Shown: piece by piece, positions 58,763 to 64,000 of the stretch | How the letters are laid out: the number at the start of each line of letters is the position of its first letter | How positions within the stretch are numbered: the first letter of the stretch is position 1 | Origin: Balneolales bacterium | GTDB taxonomy: Bacteria > Bacteroidota > Rhodothermia > Balneolales > Natronogracilivirgulaceae | Assembly (NCBI GenBank): GCA_040878085.1 | Contig: JBBDMU010000028.1 | Span: forward strand, 22,681 to 86,680 | Direction of reading: 5' to 3' | DNA length: 64,000 bases | Notes under the pieces: generated by a model | The model's input: the letters and a program-made list of their open reading frames with translations, nothing else | Database searches by the model: none | Told to the model about the DNA's origin: nothing | Translations under genes and position numbers: made by a program

Positions 58763-60304
58763 ATGTTATTTAAATACTTAGAAAAGAAACAATCGGATAT
58801 TAAAACAGAAGTATTATCTGGTCTTACAGTATCACTGGCATTAGTGCCGGAAGCGGTAGCTTTTTCATTGATTGCTGATGTAAGCCCCCTCGTGGGCCTG
58901 TATAGTGCCTTTATTGTCGGATTAATTACGGCCATCATGGGCGGAAGACCAGGCATGATATCCGGGGCAACCGGTGCTATTGCCGTTGTTATTGTAAGCC
59001 TGGTAGCCATGCACGGGGTGGAGTATCTGTTTGCCGCCGTAGTAGTGATGGGGCTGATTCAGCTAGCCATCGGTTTCCTTAAACTTGGAAAGCTGATCAG
59101 GCTGGTTCCACACCCGGTAGTGTTTGGATTTGTTAATGGTCTGGCTATTCTGATATTCCTATCCCAACTTAATGAATTTAAAACGTTTGATGCTTCCGGT
59201 GCAGGTAGCTGGATAACCGGTCCGACACTTTATTTAATGACCGCCCTTGTGGTTGCAACCATGGCCATTATATACTTTCTCCCAAAAATTACCAAGGCCA
59301 TCCCCCCATCCCTTGCCGCTATTGTGGCGGTCTCGGGAGTGGCTATCTTCTTCGGATTGCCGACAAAAACAGTAGGGGATATCGCCTCGATTTCGGGTGG
59401 ACTTCCTTCGTTCCATTTCCCAATGGTTCCGTTTACCTTAGAGACATTAATGATAGTATTTCCATATGCTTTTATAATGGCCATGATTGGATTGATAGAA
59501 AGCCTGCTTACCCTTACGGTAGTGGATGAAATGACCGAAACCCGCGGTAGCGGCAACAAAGAATGTGTGGCTCAGGGTACAGCCAACCTGGTAACGGGTT
59601 TCTTTGGCGGCATGGGCGGCTGCGCGATGATCGGGCAAAGCATCATCAATGTCAGTTCCGGTGGCAGAAGCAGGGTTTCTGGTGTTGTTGCGTCACTGGC
59701 CCTGATCACTTTCATTCTTTTTGGCGCCTCTCTTATAGAACAGGTTCCTATGGCGGCATTGGTTGGGCTTATGTTTATGGTGGCCATCGGTACTTTTGAG
59801 TGGGCAAGTCTAAAAATATTTCGTAAAGTACCACCCACTGATGTAGTAGTCATGTTAATGGTAATGGTTGTGACAGTGGTATTCCATAACCTAGCCGTGG
59901 CCGTATTAATTGGTGTAGTGATCTCGGCGCTTGCTTTTGCATGGGAAAACTCCAAAATGATTCGTGCCAGAAAACGAGTTGATGAGTTTGGTGACAAACA
60001 CTACGAAATCTATGGACCGCTGTTCTTTGGATCCGCAACAACTTTTCAGGAGAAGTTCGATGTAATGAACGACCCTGAGCGCGTGATCATTGATTTTGAA
60101 GAATCTAGAATTGTCGATCATTCCGGCTTGGAAGTATTAAACAAAATAACAGAACGCTATGCTAAGGTGGGCAAAAAAGTAAGTCTTATAAATCTGACCA
60201 GTGATAGCAAACGGCTGTTGAATAATGCAGATAATCTTGTCGTGCTAAATTATGACCGGGAAACTATAGATGTTGAAGAAGAAAAAGAGGCTGTATTAAG
60301 TTGA
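58763..60304 (+). CDS. SulP-family inorganic anion transporter with C-terminal STAS domain
   Basis: 513 aa. The polytopic core starts SGLTVSLALVPEAVAFSLIA. The STAS-like tail reads HYEIYGPLFFGSATTF...VIIDFEESRIVDHSGLEVL. Confidence 0.9.
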   Translation: MLFKYLEKKQSDIKTEVLSGLTVSLALVPEAVAFSLIADVSPLVGLYSAFIVGLITAIMGGRPGMISGATGAIAVVIVSLVAMHGVEYLFAAVVVMGLIQLAIGFLKLGKLIRLVPHPVVFGFVNGLAILIFLSQLNEFKTFDASGAGSWITGPTLYLMTALVVATMAIIYFLPKITKAIPPSLAAIVAVSGVAIFFGLPTKTVGDIASISGGLPSFHFPMVPFTLETLMIVFPYAFIMAMIGLIESLLTLTVVDEMTETRGSGNKECVAQGTANLVTGFFGGMGGCAMIGQSIINVSSGGRSRVSGVVASLALITFILFGASLIEQVPMAALVGLMFMVAIGTFEWASLKIFRKVPPTDVVVMLMVMVVTVVFHNLAVAVLIGVVISALAFAWENSKMIRARKRVDEFGDKHYEIYGPLFFGSATTFQEKFDVMNDPERVIIDFEESRIVDHSGLEVLNKITERYAKVGKKVSLINLTSDSKRLLNNADNLVVLNYDRETIDVEEEKEAVLS

Positions 60305-61231
60305 TCTCGTATATCTTTCAACAGTTTTTTTGATACCATCTGAATAAGGGATGGGTTTAAAATTGAAACGCTTCTCAAATTTACTGCTATCAAATACATA
60401 ATCCCTGTCGTATTGGTACATCATTTCTACCAGTTCTTTCATCAGGGGTGAAAACAGGCCCATTGTCCTGACCATAAACTTTGAAACTTCACGATACCTC
60501 GGCTTGGCGCCCAGCTCTCCGGCTAATTGTTCAACCCACTCTTTGCCGGTGGGCGGGTTTGCTGCGGTGGGAAGGTGCCAGACTTGGTTGTATGCGTCTG
60601 TCGTGTTTCCAAGCAAAGCGGTGGCTTTACCGGCGTCAGGAGTGAAAGTGTAGGAATGCTTACAATCGGCCGATCCCACCCAGTTGGCTTTCTTTTCTTG
60701 TGCCAGGGGATTAATAACCGTTTCTGTAAGCACGCTGGTTTTTTTAATATCCGGCCCGTAATAATCAGCCGAACGTGCGATCAATGCGGATAGCCTGCCA
60801 TTTCTTGATTCGCTCATAATCATATCGGCAATCTGTGCACGTACCTCACCTTTCTGGCTGGGCGGATTGACGGGGGTTGTTTCCGTCATGCCATTCAGGT
60901 GATCTTTATCATACATGTAAATATTGTCGAAGAATACCAACTTTGCATTATGCTCTTTACATGCGGCAATAACATGGGATATAATTTTAGGCCATTTGTC
61001 CTTCCATAGTTTGTGGTTGTATGGCAAACCCGCTGTCACGTATACTACGGAAGATCCCTCAACCGCTTTGCGCACTTCATCAGCATACAACAAATCGGCT
61101 GTCATAAGCTGATCGTTTGCATTAACCTTTCCGGGTGTACGGCTTACCAGCCTGATTTGATCAGTGTATTCAATAAGTGCCTTTGCAAGTTCCGTTCCAA
61201 TTGCCCCGCCTGATCCTAATATCGTCTGCAT
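60296..61231 (-). CDS. NAD-dependent epimerase/dehydratase-type SDR
   Basis: Start moved to ATG61231 (MQTILGSGGAIGTELAKAL, glycine-rich dinucleotide motif). It converges on the SulP gene with a 9-nt overlap. Confidence 0.7.
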   Translation of the reverse strand: MQTILGSGGAIGTELAKALIEYTDQIRLVSRTPGKVNANDQLMTADLLYADEVRKAVEGSSVVYVTAGLPYNHKLWKDKWPKIISHVIAACKEHNAKLVFFDNIYMYDKDHLNGMTETTPVNPPSQKGEVRAQIADMIMSESRNGRLSALIARSADYYGPDIKKTSVLTETVINPLAQEKKANWVGSADCKHSYTFTPDAGKATALLGNTTDAYNQVWHLPTAANPPTGKEWVEQLAGELGAKPRYREVSKFMVRTMGLFSPLMKELVEMMYQYDRDYVFDSSKFEKRFNFKPIPYSDGIKKTVERYTRST

Positions 61232-61455
61232 GATAAGCTTATGTATTATTTTAAATTTAGGTCCATAACGCACCATAGCATCAGAACCGCTATAATTATA
61301 TTTATAATGTTTATACAAGGGCCGTCCGGACCAGAGGCATAGACAAAAGACATCTGTTGCTCTTACGCTTTTACCAATAAAAGGATACAACAGTCATGCC
61401 TTTTTTCATAATAGTGGTCTGAATAGAATGCAATAGAACCATTTTAACTTCCCCT

Positions 61456-62796
61456 TCAGCGGTCAAAAAAGTGGGTTTTGCCTTCCACGGCATACATGCT
61501 TGAGGCCATCCTCACGCTTTCCAAACCGAAGCGATTGTTGATCATGTCGATGCCATGGTATAGTTTGCGGCCGTGTTCGTCTTCCTGAAAGAATAGCTCC
61601 TGCTGGAGGGCGTAACTCATCTTTACCGTATTCAGCCCTACGCCCCGAATGGCCATGCCTTCGCAGAGAAACTTGTTGACCAGGGGCATGGCCGCATCAT
61701 AGCAGCAGGGCAGGATGTAGCTGTCCAGGTTGGTAAAGCCCGGGGTGGTGAACAGCACGTTGACGCCCTTCCAGCCGGCATCCTGAAAACGGATGTACAT
61801 GCCGAAAGCATTAGCCCGGCAGCCGTATCCTCGCATCCGGTAGCACAACTGCCCGACCGCTTTGGAGATTTCACCCTTTACCCGCTGCGGATCTTTCGTC
61901 CAGTCGGAAAACGTGTGCATGTAGGTGATCTCGTCAGGCGTATGAACCGGCTCTATGACCTTCGCCTTGTCTTTGCCGGTGGCGGTCTCGAACAGCATCT
62001 TGCCGAAATAGGCACCGAAAAGTTTTTCGAAAGGAACAGGACCCCGTTTCATCGCATCCCGGATGGTTTTGATCCCGGCGTGCTGCAACTTGGCATACCT
62101 TCGGCTTCCTATTCCCCACACCTCGTCCAGGGGCAGGGGATGGATGATTTCTTCGGCTTGCTCTTCATTCATGACCAGTGTCAGCCCGTCGGGTTTTTGG
62201 ATGTCGGAGGCCAGCTTGGAATAGGTTTTGCTATAGGATACTCCTGTCGAACAGATTAAGCCGACTTTGTTATAGATTTCATTTTTAAGCCTGGTGCACA
62301 TTTTGATAATGTCCTGCTCGCTGCGGTTAAGCATGAAGGAAATATCCAAAAAGAACTCATCCATCGAGTAGCCTTCCACATCAGGAGAGTAGTTGTCTAA
62401 AATGGCCCTGATCTGGCGGCTGATGGCCTGGTATTTGGAATAATGGACCTGAAGGAATATGATATACGGGCATATATTCGCGGCCTCATAAGCGCTCATG
62501 GCCGTCTTGATGCCGAGCTTGCGGGCCTCATAGCTGGATGTGGCCACAATGCCGCGGGGGGTGCCGTTTTGCTTCCTCCATCCGCCCACGATCACCGGAA
62601 GGCCGTATAGCTTATAAGATACCTGCTCCACCTGGGCGTAGAAACAGTTCATGTCCAGGTGCAGGTACAGCCGCTTTTTCTTGCTGATGTGCTGCTGCTC
62701 GGCAGCCACCGTACTGTACAGGGTGATGCGGTGAACATTCCTGTCCACATCGTAGCTCCCCATATTATTTTTTTGAAAACTTCCATGCATTCTCAA
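61456..62796 (-). CDS. Y-family (DinB/UmuC-like) translesion DNA polymerase
   Basis: 446 aa. Catalytic motifs are LHLDMNCFYAQVEQ and YSMDEFFLDIS. The little-finger region lies C-terminally. The start may be the Met 33 nt downstream. The gene is GC-rich relative to its neighbours. Confidence 0.8.
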   Translation of the reverse strand: MRMHGSFQKNNMGSYDVDRNVHRITLYSTVAAEQQHISKKKRLYLHLDMNCFYAQVEQVSYKLYGLPVIVGGWRKQNGTPRGIVATSSYEARKLGIKTAMSAYEAANICPYIIFLQVHYSKYQAISRQIRAILDNYSPDVEGYSMDEFFLDISFMLNRSEQDIIKMCTRLKNEIYNKVGLICSTGVSYSKTYSKLASDIQKPDGLTLVMNEEQAEEIIHPLPLDEVWGIGSRRYAKLQHAGIKTIRDAMKRGPVPFEKLFGAYFGKMLFETATGKDKAKVIEPVHTPDEITYMHTFSDWTKDPQRVKGEISKAVGQLCYRMRGYGCRANAFGMYIRFQDAGWKGVNVLFTTPGFTNLDSYILPCCYDAAMPLVNKFLCEGMAIRGVGLNTVKMSYALQQELFFQEDEHGRKLYHGIDMINNRFGLESVRMASSMYAVEGKTHFFDR

Positions 62797-62824
62797 ATGT
62801 ATTACATATATTGCACATATTACA

Positions 62825-63133
62825 GTGGCTAAACCAAACTTTGTTATGCAACAGAATAAATTTCAAAAAATAAATGTTACCGCCTTGTTCTCAAGCTTTA
62901 AGATGCAAGGAGTTGCCCGGAGAATCACTCCCATCACCTTCCGGCTGAAATCCGGTGATGAGTTTGAGGTATCTGAGATCAGGCGCAGTTATGTGGAGCA
63001 CGTAGGCGACACCCAGCATGTGCATTTCGTGGTACACACGAAGCAAAATCGTTACTTCGATATTGTTTATGACAGCAAAAAGATGGGCTGGGCCCTGGTG
63101 CTGGAACTGGACGATGGGTTCATGGTGGAATAG
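62825..63133 (+). CDS. hypothetical small protein divergent from the Y-family polymerase
   Basis: 102-aa ORF (GTG start; ATG at 62846). It shares the polymerase gene's GC-rich composition. No family was recognised. Confidence 0.5.
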   Translation: MAKPNFVMQQNKFQKINVTALFSSFKMQGVARRITPITFRLKSGDEFEVSEIRRSYVEHVGDTQHVHFVVHTKQNRYFDIVYDSKKMGWALVLELDDGFMVE

Positions 63134-63143
63134 AGAGAGGTAA

Positions 63144-63288
63144 CCGCAAAGTACACAAAGAACGCAAAGTTGTTGGACTGATGATTTTCAGGTCGTCCAC
63201 TACAATAAACGTTTCCATCATTTCAACCAATAACATGCGAGTTACAGCAATGCAATACTAATCTTTGTGCCCGTTGTGTAATTTGTGG
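63144..63288. repeat. long-range imperfect inverted repeat (CGCAAAG.../...CTTTGTG arms)
   Basis: CCGCAAAGTACACAAAGAACGCAAAG (63144-63169) pairs with CTTTGTGCCCGTTGTGTAATTTGTGG (63263-63288). Of 26 positions, 19 pair as Watson-Crick and 2 as G-U. The intervening sequence is 93 nt. Confidence 0.7.
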
Positions 63289-63409
63289 TAAAAAAGTACC
63301 TAAAAAATTGGCAAATCAATGCCGGGTGGGCAAACATAAAAAAGAAAAATGAACAAGAGGATATTATTGCTTATTTTTATCATTTTAAATCCATAAACGA
63401 AAAAAGATT

Positions 63410-64000
63410 ATGCAACGCTGGAAAGGATTAGACATAGAAGCTGAAGGGGAAGGCATTTCAAAACCGTTAAGCAGAGAAGTAAATCTTCTTGGCACCTTGT
63501 TGGGCCATTCAATAAGGGCATTGGCAGGAGACAAACATTACGACTTGGTTGAATCCTTTCGATCACGTTGTAAACTGGCTTATGAGCCTGGCAAGGAGCA
63601 TTTGCGAAAAGAAGTTTCCAGTGAGGCAGAAACTTTAAACGAAAGTGAAATTGATTGGCTGCTTCGTTCTTTTACCTCATTCTTCCACTTGATCAATAAA
63701 GCCGAACAGGATGAGATCATCCGCATCAATCGGGATCGGGAAAAGATGGCCGATGATGATAACCCACGCGCCGAGTCTATTGCAGAGGCTGTTTATCAAT
63801 TAAAAAAGCAAGGATTCTCTCTGGATGAAGTGTTACATCTTATTGGTGAGTTGGATATTCAACCCACACTAACGGCCCATCCTACCGAAGCCCGCAGGCG
63901 CAGTATTCTTCATATTCAGGAATACATCTCCAAACTACTGGCTAAAGTCAATGCAACAGATCTTACCCCTTCTGAAAGTGAAGAGGTTATTTCTAAAATG
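63410..64000 (+). CDS. ppc: phosphoenolpyruvate carboxylase, N-terminal part (runs off window)
   Basis: Open from ATG63410 to the window end (197 codons). The N-terminus LSREVNLLGTLLG and the signature QPTLTAHPTEARRRS are present. Confidence 0.9.
   Translation, partial: MQRWKGLDIEAEGEGISKPLSREVNLLGTLLGHSIRALAGDKHYDLVESFRSRCKLAYEPGKEHLRKEVSSEAETLNESEIDWLLRSFTSFFHLINKAEQDEIIRINRDREKMADDDNPRAESIAEAVYQLKKQGFSLDEVLHLIGELDIQPTLTAHPTEARRRSILHIQEYISKLLAKVNATDLTPSESEEVISKM

Overview
Chromosomal segment, probably from a Bacteroidota/Rhodothermota-type bacterium. The taxon is an inference from a T9SS C-terminal sorting domain, TonB-dependent receptors, ECF sigma and Tat-signal oxidoreductases; a Balneolaceae-like origin is only a guess. 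Spot counts on single 60-nt lines give about 40% G+C in housekeeping genes. The left 16 kb is a mosaic defence/addiction island. It holds hicAB, a decayed relBE-like pair, hicB with a truncated hicA, gene remnants, an uncharacterised ORF with a PD-(D/E)xK-like motif (6400-7302), an AT-rich Gabija-like gajAB cassette and a complete GC-rich type I R-M operon (hsdMSR). Next comes an Lhr-like DExH helicase with PdeM phosphoesterase but without the usual ligase and exonuclease partners. The rest is mostly core metabolism and envelope genes: gltBD, ldhA, gdhA, sodC, ppc (partial), a SulP transporter, two TonB-type receptors, and an ECF sigma / beta-barrel / YceI / cupredoxin cluster. Interspersed are small accessory patches: an AT-rich orphan cluster at 46.5-48.3 kb and a GC-rich Y-family polymerase islet at 61.5-63.1 kb. 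The least explained signal is non-coding. Degenerate 7-nt-periodic arrays, G-poor on the sense strand, run up to several start codons. Short direct repeats bracket single genes at 36.9-38.6 kb. A 65-nt element is present twice at 60/65 identity (16064 and 48443), with a third partial copy at 34637. Three apparent 1-nt frame disruptions (2146, 2458-2460, about 25835) may be real decay or assembly indels. No rRNA, tRNA, CRISPR array, transposase or integrase was recognised. All family calls rest on motif recognition by eye and no database search was run.
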